Shown: one piece after another, positions 1 through 13,180 of the stretch
Layout of the letters: the number at the start of each line of letters is the position of its first letter
How positions within the stretch are numbered: position 1 is the stretch's first letter
Source of the DNA: the human T2T-CHM13v2.0 reference genome, Homo sapiens
Assembly: GCF_009914755.1 (NCBI RefSeq)
Contig: NC_060925.1
Reading direction: 5' to 3' (one strand)
DNA length: 64,000 nt
Notes under the pieces: generated by a model
What the model was told of the DNA's origin: nothing
The model's input: the letters and a program-made list of their open reading frames with translations, nothing else
The model's database searches: none
Made by a program: the position numbers and the translations under genes

Positions 1-689
1 TTCTTCTCCCATAAGATTACAATTCTCTCTCTCTTATTCTTAAAATCTCAGATTACTCAGAGATGTGACCAGTGACTCACAACATTTCAGCTGGGGAAAG
101 GGAGGATGCAGTTGGTTGCCCTGGTGGCCATCGCCCTCATGGCTGTTAGCACCTGCACAGCACCTCCCTCTCCCCTCAGAGAAACGCCGTGAGGGCAAGT
201 CACCCTCATGGGTGTCCATTCTACTTTGCGGCTTCTCAGGAAACTGGCTTTCCTACTCCCTTCAATCACTTGGCCAGTTAGGTGGACTGCTCCAAAGAGA
301 ATCCTCTTCTTAATCCTGCGAGGAGCAAGTAGAGTATCTCACTCTGTCCAGTATCTCTCCCCATAAACAAAAATGCCTGTCCCAAGTATTGGTTTGGCTC
401 AAATCTTGAGGTGAATGGCAAAGCGGAAGAGACTGGGGGTGAAAATGATCTTTAGAGATCGTTTAGAACTTGAAGTTATCAACATGGGAACTACAGAGCA
501 TGGGAATACTTCCTACTCTCTTGCTGCGTCCTGGACCAGGTTAATATCTCTATTATCCCTTCATTAAGAAGCTAATCACATCAGCTGTCCCTTTTGAGAC
601 TAGCAAGTCTTGCTTTAGTACAGTCTTCTTACTCTAGTCTAGTGCCTTGTGTGAGCATCTCCCAAGAGCTTATGATCAATCTAAAACAA

Positions 690-1000
690 CCAAGTCCTCC
701 CATCAGACATTTTCTCCCCACCCCGTCCCTATCCCGTGCTTCCTCACCACCTGGATGGATTTCCAAAGTGCCTTCCTGAGGGTCCTTGTGCCTCTGCCCT
801 CTCTACCTCCAGCACCTCCAGTCTACCCAGTAACACAGTGCCGCTAGGTTTCTCTTCTTAATATACTACTACTATTATTATGTGACTCCCCTCTTTAAAA
901 GCACCCAATGGCTCCTCTCTTCTCAGAAACTTGCCCAAACTTCTCCAAATGGCTTTCAAAACTACCACAGTCTGTTTCCAGTTGAATCACTCCCTTGCGT
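690..1000 (-). mobile_element. Degenerate L2 LINE fragment
   Basis: Pyrimidine-rich text with L2-like words (caccacctggatgg...ctttaaaagcacccaatggctcc); boundaries approximate. Confidence 0.45.
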
Positions 1001-1929
1001 CTGTTCTGGGTTTGAGGACAATAAATTCATCAGTCTTCTCCCTGTCATTCATTCCCTATGGAATCCCTTCTACCTGAGACAAATAGGACTGATTACTTTA
1101 GGGAAATTGAGTGAACAGGAGGGAAAACTCAAATGAGACAGCAGGAAGGACACATGGGCGATGCATGTCCTTCAGGGCCTCCCTTCTCACCTTGTCTGTT
1201 CAGATTACTCCCAGGCGTGTGTTTTAAATGGAGTTGAAATCCTATCCTGTTTATCGTTGTTCATATTAGCAAAATGTTTGGTGAGCTCTTTATCAAGGGC
1301 TGACACGTTGGTGCCAACCAAAGAGGCTGAGTGCATTTATCACTGCAACTGGGACGTGCCCCAGCCTGGAAAGGCTGTGCCAACCACTTGTCATTTCCTG
1401 GCAGCTCCCGCGTATCCTCACACCCATCCTGCTCATAATTGAAAACCTCCAACTTCTGTGACCTTCAAGAGTTGCAAGAAAAATGATTGACTGGCCAAGT
1501 CCAGCTTCACATGGCAATTGAGTTCTGAGGCTTTGTCAGAGCCAGGCTGTGACAGCTGAGCCAGCAGAAGTCTGGGGAGGAGGTCAAATCACAATCCCGA
1601 GGCATCACCGCCCTCCTTACTTTATAGACTGTAGAGTGAGGCTGGAGATGGCAGCGATGGCACCAGCTCAAGAATTTCTATGGAGGAACTTAAGGGTGAC
1701 GCTTTGATTGGAAAAAGGAGTTAGCAGACTTGTTTTAACGATAAACTTGAGCAGAAAGCATTCTTTAAAGTTAGATTACTTATTGGGGTGGCTTGTAGGG
1801 TCTGCTGGAAATAATAGGGTGGGACGTGAGCAAGCACCAATGATTTGTACAGATGTGCAAGTCATTGGTATTTATCTTTCAATGCCCTTCCCCTGCTTTG
1901 CTCTGTATCCCAGGGATCATCCCTGAAAA

Positions 1930-2335
1930 TGACATTTCTCAGGCTCCCTTTTCCCCTGGCTTCTAGGTGAATGAGAGGCAGTGGAAGAAGAATGGAGATG
2001 AAGAGAACTGGGGAAGCCAGGGAGCAGCATCTTAAGAGCGTCTCTTCTGTGGCCCCAGCCCACACTGGGCCATCTTTGCCTTGGTTCCAGCTCCCCTTGT
2101 GTGGCATTGCCCAGGGCTAAAGAAACACCACCCTTCCCTCTATCTCCAGCTCTAGAGTTAGGAGCAGCTTCCTGGAGTTGCTAGTCTTGGAGTTGCTTCA
2201 CCCTCCTATTTGCTCTTTCAGATCTTCTACAACCGGTGATATTGACTCCTCTATAAGTTGCCTCTTTTGAACCTTGTGGCATGGATGCTGTTTTTTACTG
2301 ATTGGATCTTATCTCTTCAACAGTGGCCTGACACA
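1930..2335. mobile_element. Old ERVL-class LTR relic (LTR33-like)
   Basis: ctcaggctcccttttcccctggcttctaggt...gagaggcagtggaagaagaatggag resembles the LTR33 consensus; highly diverged. Confidence 0.4.
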
Positions 2336-3109
2336 ATAGCTAAGTGGGATCAAACTTGAAGCCAGCCATGCAGTGAAAGTGGGAATTAGAACTGTTGCCC
2401 TGACTAGTAGTCAGTATGCTTCTACCATTCCACACCACCTTCTGAAAGATAGGCACGTATGTAGGTTATGAATGGGAGGGTTACTATTACTCCAGGGTTC
2501 CTGTTAAACATATATCATGTTGTAGAGCATAGACTCTTCTTCCCAAACAATGCATGGCCAAAGTGCTTCCTGGGTGTTGGTGAGGAACTGAGAGGAGGGA
2601 GCAAAAAAGAGATGTGGCTCAGTTTGGGATCTCCCAATCAGACAAGGGCCCTGAAATCAAGAGAAAGACAACAGAGATGCAGTAAGTAACTAGTGTTTCA
2701 TCCTTGGCTCACATTCCCTCCTCACAGCCCCATCCCATGCTTCTGCCACCCAAGGCTGGTCAGAAAGTACTTAGGAAGTGGAAACTCATTCTAACACCAG
2801 CCTCAAAAAAACATTTTCCAAAGAGGGAAGCTCCCCAGACACACCCTCATGCCTCAACGCAATGATACCACAACTGCAGCCTTTGTTTTGATTGCATGAT
2901 TATTTGTTGGACTTCTGGTGTGTACTTTAACAGGGACTTCAAAGAACTATGAATCATGGTTCCAACTTTCAAAAGTCCATCCTGGCTGCAGAGATGAGGT
3001 GCATCTATATGAAAGATTTTAAGAGCCATACAAGGCAAATCACCGTCCAGTATCAGTATGAGAGCATGGAGAGGCAGACAACAGGAAGAACTTACACTGG
3101 TGGAACTCC

Positions 3110-3310
3110 AACTAAACGCTTTAGAAGCACTGTGCACTAATGTATATACACATTCTGTATATTATCCCGTGTAATGACTCCCCTAGACCTAGGGGTTATA
3201 TATCATGATTCTCATTTAGAAAACAGACTCCAGGAGTTGAAGTATTCCAAAGTCACATAACTGGCAGGTGGGAGCTTGAGAAATGCCAAACTCATGCTTT
3301 CCCCGCCACT
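3110..3310 (-). mobile_element. MIR SINE
   Basis: MIR core-like ...gaagtattccaaagtcacataactggcaggtgggagc. Confidence 0.55.
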
Positions 3311-4947
3311 TCACTCTGTCCCTACTATGGCCAGTGACAGAGACTAGACTCAGATTCTGGACAACTGGGGAGTCAACCAGTGAGGATGCTGGAATGGGGA
3401 TGGGACCCCAGGCAAGCAATGTCTGAGGAAAATTGTCTGGCAGGGGTCTGCACCATGAGTCAGAGGAGGGACAGAGACAGGAGACCAGTCAGGGGACTGT
3501 GACAGCGACCCAGTGGGATGCTCTGAGAATGGAAAAGAAGAGGTATATATGAGAGACAGTTTGAAGTGAGGGTCACCAGGTAGGCCTGTGTTTCCAACTG
3601 GATACAGAAGGTAAAAGAGAGGGATTGAGATAATTAATTAAACCTTGATGATTCATAATTTGAACCCGACTATAATTTTGAAAAAAAAACAAAAACAAAA
3701 AACTACCCTCCCCAATTTAGAACTAAATGTCAAACACATTCCCCCTGCCTTTCCTCTAGATTAAAAAATATTTTGTGGTAATTAAATAAAAAGCTGAGAT
3801 TCCTACTTGTTGGTTTTATGATCTGGATGGTTTGTCAGCCTGTTGACAACTCCACAAACCAGGAAAGCTGTTTGGGTTGTTGTAGGTTCTGACGGATAAA
3901 AAGCGGGTGATTAATTCAGGTTTAGGAAAATGTAGTGCACCACAGAACAGTTCTGGAAAACAGATTCTTGGGGAAATTGGATGCGGGGGCGGGGAAGCCA
4001 GAGAATTCCCAGGCTGAGGGACAGGTGGCTGCAGACAGGACTTATTGGGCTGAAGTGTGGTGCTCATCAGGGAAGAATTAAGTCTTTTGAAGACTGGGGC
4101 TGAGTAAATCAGCTAATCCTTGGGGAACAAATGTATGAGAATGGTAACAAACAAATATATAAACATAGACTCATTGTTTAAGCTGTAGTCAAGACAAATT
4201 GGTTAACCTACAAACCTGTAATTTGTCTACTAGAATGTGTGTTGTGACCTGAGGTTTCCTTTCATTGTCAGGTGTTCCTTGTTCTGAAGAGGAGAAACAG
4301 TAAAAAATTTGCCAAGGACCCAAGATAGAAGACTGTGGGCCCAGATCCTAATGTAAAAGAAGCCTGCCTCAACTTAATTTTCCTGGACAGCAAGAGCTAT
4401 GAAAATGAACTGGGTGAATATTGGTGTTTTCAGCTTGAGGTTCCAATGAATTAGGACAATCAGAAGGAAGAGTTTAATTTTGGGGTCTAGCATGAGACCA
4501 TTCAGTTCAAACTTTCATTTCACAGTTAGGAAACTAGACCCAGAGAGGCACAGTGCTTCGGCTTGATGCTAATAGACTGATTTTGGAAGGCAGTTGAGCT
4601 GGAAGACACAGATCTGGGGGCTGTCAGCCAAGGGCTGAGAAGGATGTGAATTAAGAAGGTGGGAAGGGAATTGATGGTTAAGGCCTGAGTCTTGAGAGAA
4701 ACCCATGGCCAGGAGCAGAGGAGTTAAGATTCATTCAGAAATGCTCCTACAGACGTGGGAGAACAAGGATTGTTCAGTATAATGGAAGCCAAAGGAGAGG
4801 GTTTTGAGGAGCAAAAGACTAGCCAACAGTAGCAATTGTGTCAAGGTGATCAAGGAATAAGATGTAAACAATTGTTGGATTTATAATATGATTTTAAAAG
4901 TGCAGTTTCAGTAAAGTGGTAAGAATGGGAGGACAATCAAATGGCAC

Positions 4948-5295
4948 GTGGTGTGTGTGTGTGTGTGTGGAGGTTGTGGTGTGTGTGGGGGGGGATGTAT
5001 GTGTGGAGAGTGTGGCATGAGATGCATGTGCACATGTATGTTTAGGATGAGGTGTGTGTGGAGAGTGAGATGTGTGTGTGTAGGATATGAGGTGTGTGAG
5101 CTGTGTGTGTGTGTGTGTGATGTGTGTGTAGGGTGCAGTGTTGTGGTATATGTGTATGTGTACATGGTGTGGGGGGTGCAGGGTGTGTGTGTATGTAGGA
5201 TGCGGTGTGTGTGGAGAGTGAGATGTGTGTGTAGAGTGCAATGTGTATGGGGTGTTTGTAGGGTGCGCTGTACATGTGGGCAGTGTGTGTGTATT
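4948..5295. repeat. Complex (TG)n-rich low-complexity repeat with internal ~40-bp higher-order repeat
   Basis: Dense TG dinucleotides; unit aggatg[a/c]ggtgtgtgtggagagtgagatgtgtgtgt recurs at ~5044 and ~5197. Confidence 0.9.
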
Positions 5296-5759
5296 CTGAC
5301 TGAATGCTGAGCACTGGTGCTTGAGCTCTCCTGCCCTGCCTGGGAGGTGGTGTGTCTGAGGTGAGGGGAAGGCTGACCCAGCTGATGGGTCCTGTGAGGC
5401 AGAGGTTGAGGAGGGAGCCAGAGATGAGAACCAACAACATGCTCCAGGAAGAGGGACAGGCGCAGAAGCAAGGGGACACCAGACTGGAACAGATGGACTC
5501 ATGCAGTTGTTCCTTGATGGCCTGTTCACATATAGCATTTGCCATGTCCCACAAATGCAGAATTCTGGTGGAACCACAGTGCGTGGAAGTTCCAGGAGAC
5601 TGAAAGTGGTGCAAGGTTAAGTGTGTTACATATGTAATTGAGTAATCAGGGGTGCTGACAGCCCGACAGGCCATGCCTTCCATTCGAACCAGAGCTTGCT
5701 TCACATAGAAAGAAAGCAATGGCTTTCTAAGGAATGTGGACAAGTGAGGAACCCTATCA

Positions 5760-6328
5760 TATCCTTCTTACTCATTTCTTCCCTGTGTTAACCAACCACT
5801 TACGCTGAAAATGATGACACAGAAGAAAGGGAAAGACAGGACAACCCATAGTTCCTTTTCCTTTCAGCCCTTCCTTACTCATCAGTAAGCTGAAGGTCAA
5901 GAGTATTGATGGAACATGCACGTTATCAAGAAGTAAAATTAAAACAGTTGAGTTAGTTTTGTGCAGTGTTCCCGCTGCTCTGGTAAGGACAAAATATATA
6001 CGCAAGTAAGAGCTAGGAAATATGAACTGTGTAATTTCAATGATTCCACGTATGAGTCAAATGCACTTATTTTCATTTACAACTAACACTACACAACATA
6101 AAGAATAGTAAAATTCATACTAATAATTAAATTTTAAATTTTTCTTTACTTAAAATGACATTAAATATCAAATTAAAAACATCATGACTAGTAAAAAAAA
6201 ATTGTGGAAGAAAGAAAAAGTTTTATGCTTTGGTGACCCTTAATGGCCTTATTTCCCTCTGGTTTTTGAACAAGGAGCTCGATATTTTCATTTTGTACTG
6301 GGCCCTGAAAATTATGTTACTGGCCCTG
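5760..6328 (-). mobile_element. MER45-family hAT-Tip100 DNA transposon remnant
   Basis: Right end ttttgaacaaggagctc...ttttcattttgtactgggccctgaaaattatgttactggccctg is the reverse complement of the MER45 terminus; left boundary approximate. Confidence 0.6.
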
Positions 6329-7109
6329 GGTGAGATGGTTGTTTATATTTGTATGACCAGGGTCAAAAAACAGTCTTGGAACCACAGGAGCAGGGAAGAT
6401 TCACCAATAAATTGATGAACACAAGTCTTCATCATTACCCACACACACTCACTGGCCCCTCAACATTGGTAACAATGGCCATGGGTGGAGAGTTAAGAAG
6501 ATGATAACTCCCAGAAAACTATGCTTTTTCTGCTGATAACTCTTCAACATCTCACCACACCCAATATCTCTGCTTTTGTTAACAAACCATGAACTGCTTC
6601 AAGTTGTCATACCCTTTCTCACTGTCTTTCTTCTGATTGGAACGGCCTGGTGAGAGCAGGCTGGTGGGAACACACACCTTCCGAAAGGCCCTCACCACAG
6701 CAGATCACTGCTGGCGTCCGAGCTACTTCCTGCTTGTCCTGTTGTGTCCTTCATCAGTGACCGCACTCTTGGAGTGCTTGCCTCTGGCTCCTGTTTTCCA
6801 CCCATTTCTCAGCCTGGTAACTCCTGGTTTCCAGTCTTAGTGGGCCCACTGCTCTGCTCCCACCTCCTGTGATAGGGTCGGGAGAGCCGCCAACCCCACT
6901 TGACTCCTGGACCCCATCCAGGCTGTGGTATGTGCCAGCACCATCTTCCCAAAGGATGCTGCCCCTCCCTGAGGCTCATGGTATAGCTCTTCTCCCATAT
7001 TCATACCCCCGTCTTGAAGCCTGGCCCACATAGGGTTTCCAGAAAGCCTTCCCCGAACCACTAATAGAAACCCTACTATACTCACACCTTCCTTAAGAGA
7101 TACTTCACA

Positions 7110-7340
7110 AACCCAGTTTTGTGCGGTGCAAAGGGGATGAAATCAGAAATAACATAGGTTTAAATCCTGGTTAACTAACTGATTTTTGAGTCTGTCAATA
7201 AACCTCTCTGTGCCTCAATTTCCCCATCTACAAAAACAGGATTGTGATACTTACCTCATAGGATCATTGTGAGGATTATGAGAAATAGCACAGGCAAAGC
7301 ACCTAGGTGCTGCCTGGCATGTCCCAGCACTCAGTAAAAG
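7110..7340 (+). mobile_element. MIR SINE
   Basis: aacctctctgtgcctcaatttccccatctacaaaaacagg...acctcataggatcattgtgaggatt. Confidence 0.7.
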
Positions 7341-7541
7341 CTCCCCCAACACTTTTCTCCCCCTGCTGGGGTTGGGCACCATGCCTTATTCATGCCTTTA
7401 TTCCTTGCAGCACCTAGAGTAACATCTTGTGGCTGGCAGATGATCAATGCCTGTGGATTGAATTAAATTAAAACTTTCCTTGTGTTACACTGTTCTCTCC
7501 ATGTCCCCAGTTGTAATATCCTCTTAAAAGTATCATCGCTT

Positions 7542-7878
<337 letters not shown>

Positions 7879-8482
7879 TCATGTTACTGCAGATTGTGAC
7901 CCCCAAATGAAGTAACTTTTGCTGTTCCTTCTTATTAAAAATAATACATGCTCAATATATAAATAAAAATACAAGCAAAAAGAGTATTAAAAAGTCTGAT
8001 AATTCTACCCACACAGACATAGCTAGTATTAACATCTCTCCATTAGCTTTTCAATGCAATGCAGCTATTATATCTATGTGTGTGCATGTATACATGTATG
8101 TATAATATTTTGCTGAGGGAGGAAGGTGGAAATAGCATATTAAGAGAGGGATGTGGGCTTTAGAATAGAAAAAATTCAGCAAGCCTGTGCTCTGTGAGTG
8201 TGAAAATAACCACTGGTGTCTACTTAGATTCAGTAGGGTGGGAGTCTTGCTGGAAATGCTTTTTAAATTTCTAGTGCCATAATCTTTCTTTCATCCAAAG
8301 AGGAAAAAATGAGTCTTTACGTATTTTTTAATGTAGCGATAATTATCATTCATCAGCATACTGCACACTCTTTATTTGGGTGTTTATTAAGGATCTATTT
8401 CATGCCAGACGCTGGAGTTGGCACTAAAAACAAGGATACGGTTACTGCTCTCAGTGAGTTTTCAGTCTGGTGGGGGACACAC

Positions 8483-8645
8483 ATGAGAAATAGCACAGGC
8501 AAAGCCCCTGGGTGCTGCCTGGCATGTCCCAGCACTCAATAAAAGCTCCCCCCAACACTTTTCTCCCTCTGCCGTGGTTGGGCACCATGCCTTATTCATG
8601 CCTTTATTCCTTGCAGCACCTAGAACAACATCTTGTGGCTGGCAG
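8483..8645 (+). repeat. Direct duplicate of 7278-7439
   Basis: atgagaaatagcacaggcaaagc...catcttgtggctggcag is present at both sites with only scattered mismatches. Confidence 0.95.
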
Positions 8646-8652
8646 TAAATAG

Positions 8653-8766
8653 GTGGGCAAGATTATCAGATTTTTTAATACTCTTTTTGCTTGTCTTTTT
8701 ATTTTTATATCGAGTATGCATTATTTTTAATAAGAAGAAACAGCAAAAGTGACTTCATTTGGGGGT
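8653..8766 (-). repeat. Inverted duplicate of 7899-8012
   Basis: gtgggcaagattatcagattttttaatactc...cttcatttgggggt is the reverse complement of acccccaaatgaag...ctgataattctacccac. Confidence 0.95.
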
Positions 8767-11309
8767 AAGAAAAGTAAATAGGTTACCACAGTGCCATGTG
8801 ATAAATGTTAGGAGGTGGGAACCACAGGATGCTGAGGAGCATTCAAGGTGGGGGGACCAAACCCAACTGTGAAGAATTCCCAGAAAAGGTGGTATCTATG
8901 CTGAGTCTTCCAGGGAAGGTCATAGTTTGTCAGGCCATGAAAATAAGGGGTAGAGAAAAAAATAATTCCTTGGAGAGGGAAGAACATGTGCAATGACTCG
9001 GAGGCAAAACTCTGTGTGGGGACTGCAGGTGCAGAGTGGGAGGAGCATGGAGTTGGAGGGGTGAAGTGCAGAGAGATAAGAGTGAGAAAGGCCTTGGATA
9101 CCACGCTCATGAGTTTAAACTTTGTCCTGATGGTTAAGGGGAGCCACTGAATTCTTTGAAAAAGGGGGTGTGATTATTTGTGGGGTTGAATGTAAACAGC
9201 TGGGTAAATGGGTCTATACTTCTGGAGACAGATTTAAGCTGGAGATGTAGACTTAGGAGTTATTTATATACAGATGGGAGATGAAGTTTGGGGTGTAAAT
9301 CAAATCCCTAAAGAAATCTATAATGAGAAGAGTGGCTGGAAACACTGACATTTAATGAGAAACAGAGGAAGTTGCCTGAGAAGGATTAGCCAGAGAGGTA
9401 GGAGAATAACCTAGAGATAGTAATGTTTGGGTACCAAGGAAAGAGAATTGTGTAGATACAGGAGGAAAGAATCACCAGCTGGGGAAAAAAGGGTCAAGTT
9501 AGATAATAACTAAAATGATATTACTTGAATTTGACAACAGGGTCATTGGTGGTCATAGTGAGAACAGTTTCAGGGGAGTGATGGGGTGGAAGCCAGATTG
9601 TAGTGGGTTGAAGAGTGGGGGTGGAAAGAGGAAATGAAGGTAACAAATATAGACAACATTTTATGAGGTTTCACTTCAAAGGGGAGAAAAGAAATAGTGC
9701 AGTAGCTAAAGTAAGACCTGTGATTGGAGGAAGACTTCATTATTTTAAGATTTAGAAAAGCTGTTCAAGCAGATTGAAATACTGATGGGAAGAAAGAGAA
9801 AGTGAAAGAGAGAGAGAGAAGATAATTCTTCCAAAATGCTTTCATATTTATTCATTTGTTTAGCATTACACAGTTCACTTAGGAGGCTATTAATCTTTTT
9901 TCCATTTTCAGGCAGAAAAACTAAATGAAACCCAAAACAATGAAGTGAATTCTCTAAGATTGTATGTCAGGAAAATGAAAGTGATAAGCTTAAACTCTGG
10001 GGTTCCAACAGACAGTAAAGATTCAGGAAGAAAAATGCATTTCCATCTGTAAAATCCCTTGAGCCCAGAGCATATCCAAGGTACTATGATCATCATGCCC
10101 CCAACTCCCCCACCCTCGACTGGGAGGGGAAGCCAGTCTTGTAGCTCTTATCAGACTGTATTGAGCTGAAGCTTTAATGAGCAGCAGCAATCTGTTATTT
10201 TCCTCTTGTTTGCCTTGCAAGTTGCTCTTTTAATTCACATCAAGAGAGGGAGAAGGAGATGAATATTAAAAGCGCACATCAAGGGACTGAGCCAGCCAGG
10301 GAGACAGGGAGCTCTTCAGTATGCAGGGACAGAAGCAGGAGTTTGATGTGAGACAGGAACCATTGCCCTGGAGTCTGCTCCGGTGTCTGACAAGCCTGCC
10401 CTTGGGAAATGTTGCTCACTAGAGTTGCTCTGGTATTGGGAAAGGGTTGTTTCTGGAATTGTCTGCACTGTGGGCTTGGCTGACTCTAGAATGACAACAG
10501 AAAGAAAGAAACTATTTCTGAGACTTTGAGAGAATAATTTATTATGATGTAGAAACCAAAGTGTGGGGGAAGAGTTTCTGTAATGGGACATCTGACCTAA
10601 AAAGAGCAGTAAGTCCCACTGGTCTCAGATGGTTTGGGTGTAGGAAAGATGGAAGGAAAGGGTCTCAATGTCAAGAGTACCAATATTTTTTTTAGTCTCT
10701 ATTCAGTAGTGAGGCTCTGATTCTCCAAGTTAATTTCATAAAGTGGTGAAAATCCAGAGCAAAGGCCAGCAAACATTTGGGAATTGTTTGCTTCAGCTGG
10801 TCCAGATGACCCTATAAGGGACTTATCTTCTCTATAATCTGAGAACTTGGAAGAATAAGAGCTTAATAAGGGTGCATAGGAGGTTAATCTTATCCCCAAG
10901 TACTGCAATAAATGCTCACCATCAGAATCACACAGAGGTTTGTACTTGCTAATTCAGCCAAAGTCAGTTCTTGGGAAGACCTCAGGGTTATTGGCTGACT
11001 GTAATGGTGTAATGGGTAAAGGCCAGGATTGGTTGATTGGTTGTTAAGGGTAATAATTTTGTACCAAGCCCAAAATTATACAGGGCTGGCATCTTCAAGT
11101 TCTTGCACTGTGCATGGATTTGGTAAATTCTTAATAAATCTTTGTTAAATGAGTGAATAAATAATCTTGGTTTCTTATTCCTTTATTCAAGTGACCTATG
11201 CCAATTCAATTCAACAAATATTTATTGAGCACCTACTATATAAGAAGAACCTAGTAAGCCCTAGGGAGGCAAGTGTCATCCTAGTTGTAGCAGATATTGT
11301 CAGTACCTG

Positions 11310-12086
11310 TGTAACCACCCAGTGGGTTCACCTTGCCTGCTGCCTAGACAGAGCCCATTTATCAAGACAGGAGAATTGCAACAGGGAAAGAGTAATTCAT
11401 GCAGAGCTGGCTGTGTGGGAGACTGGAGTTTTATTATTACTCAAATCAGTCTCCCTGAGCATTCGGGGATCAGAATTTTTAAGGATAACGTGGTGGGTGG
11501 GGGGCAGCCAATGAGTCAGGAGTGCTGATTGGTCAGGTCAAAGATGAAATCATAGGAAGGCAAAACTGTCTTCTTGTGCTGAGTCAGTTCCTGGGTGGGG
11601 GTCACAAGATCGGATGAGCCAGTTTATCCATCTGGGTGGTGCCAGCTGATCCATCAAGTGCAGGATCTCAAGCACTGATCTTAGGCTTACAATAGTGATA
11701 TTATCCCCGGGAGCAATTTGAGAAGAGTCAGAATCTTGTAGCCTCCAGCTGTATGATTCTTAAACCATAATTTCTAATCTTTTGGCTAATTCATTCATCC
11801 TACAAAGGCAATCTAGTCCCCAGGCAAGAAGGGGATTTGGCCGGTGGTGGTGGCTCACATCTGTAATCCCAGCACTTTGGGAGGCTGAGGCAGGCAGATC
11901 ACGTGAGGTCAGGAGCTTGAGACCAGCTTGGAAAAAGTAGCCAGGCATGGTGGTGCACACCTGTAGTCCCAGCTACTTAGGAGGCTGAGTCAGGAGAATT
12001 GCTTGAATCTGGGAGGCAGAGGTTTCAGCGAACTGAGATCACACAACTGCACTAGAGCCTGGGTGACAGAGTAAGGCTCTGTCTCA

Positions 12087-12123
<37 letters not shown>

Positions 12124-12302
12124 AGTTTGCTTTGGGAAAGGCCTGTTATCACCTTTGTTTTAACTATAAACTTTCCTCCTATAGTTAGTTCAGCCTACAC
12201 CCAGGAATGAACAAGAACAGCTAGGAGGTTAGAAGCAAGATGGAGTTGGTTAGGTCAGATCTCTGTCACTGTCTTAGTTACAATTTTGCAATGGCAGTTT
12301 CA
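11310..12302 (-). mobile_element. LTR8-family (ERV1) solo LTR, containing an Alu
   Basis: tgtaacc...attttgcaatggcagtttca is the reverse complement of the LTR8 tgaaac...ttgcaaaatt start; 4-bp TSD cctg on both sides. Confidence 0.85.
11839..12121 (+). mobile_element. AluS-like element with internal deletion, inserted in LTR8
   Basis: Alu lacking the left-arm 3' part and linker (jumps gagaccagcttgg>aaaaagtagcc); long pure A tail at 12088-12122. Confidence 0.9.
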
Positions 12303-12359
12303 CCTGTGTCCATATTCCCTTGACACTCATGATATAAGCTGCTAGCTACTCACTGAAAG

Positions 12360-13180
12360 TGATAGGGACAAGAGGCAGATAAATTCTAGGCAGAAAAAGA
12401 TGGGGTCCCTGGTGAATCCCCACCCTTAAGCCTAGAACTGCGGCCCAAAGTGAGAACATGCATTCCTGTTTTCCTGCTTGAATGTTGCCTTTGCCAAAAC
12501 CACCCATGGCCCATCCTGCCCCCCATCCTGTACCCATAAAAACCCCACCCTCCACTGGAAAAGAGCAGACAAGAAGAGAAGAGGAGAAGCATCTGGATGT
12601 TGGAGACTGCAGTTTGACGTCAGAGGGAAGCAGCTTGACTTCAGAGGGATGGCTTGACTGTGGGACTTTGGAGTCCAGCTGCAGATGGCCAGACTTCAGG
12701 GTAAGAATACCTTTCCACCCCATCCCCTTTCCCACTCTCCCTCCCACTGAGAGCCACTTCCATTAGCAATAAAATCCCCTACATTTACTATCCTTCAATT
12801 GGTTTGTGTGACCAATTTTTCCCAGATGCCAGACAAGAGCTCAGGGTATAGAAAGCTGTCACACTGACCCTCTGCCCCTGTGAAAAGGTGGAGGGTCCAC
12901 TGAGCTGTTAAACATTTAATCTGTCCATGGACAGGAAAGCTAAAAGAGCACTGTAACATACACCTTCTGGGGCTTCAGGGGTTGCAAGCACCTCCTAGAT
13001 GTGGCCGTGGGGCAGCATGGAGTTTTGCTTCTGCCAGCACCCAAAAGCACTTGCTTTGGCTCCTGTACCCGCTCACCTGTGTGCTCCCCATCCCCTGAGG
13101 GGTTGAGAGCTGTGGACTGAGTAAGTGAGACACCCCTGCTGGGGGGCCCGTAAAGGGGTCAAGGAAAATTTCCTGTTTCA
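12360..13180 (+). mobile_element. ERV1 solo LTR of the LTR27/LTR1/MER52 group
   Basis: tgatagggacaagaggcagataaattctaggcagaaaa...gcggcccaaagtgagaac...cataaaaacccc (TATA)...gcaataaaatcccc (polyA)...tcctgtttca; flanks aaag/gaag. Confidence 0.8.

Larger units (their letters stand above)
8350..9800 (+). mobile_element. L2 LINE fragments in L2-antisense purine-rich reading, interrupted by the 8483-8766 insertion
   Basis: cattcatcagc...tgtttattaagg...tgccagac...gagccactgaattctttg...ggaagccagattgtagtgggttgaagagtg; strand given is that of the purine-rich reading. Confidence 0.55.

Noticed and set aside
4894-5743. Longest ORFs (227, 187, 233 and 120 aa; His/Thr- or Cys/Val-rich)
   Set aside because: They are stop-poor translations of the TG/CA repeat, with no domain or splice context
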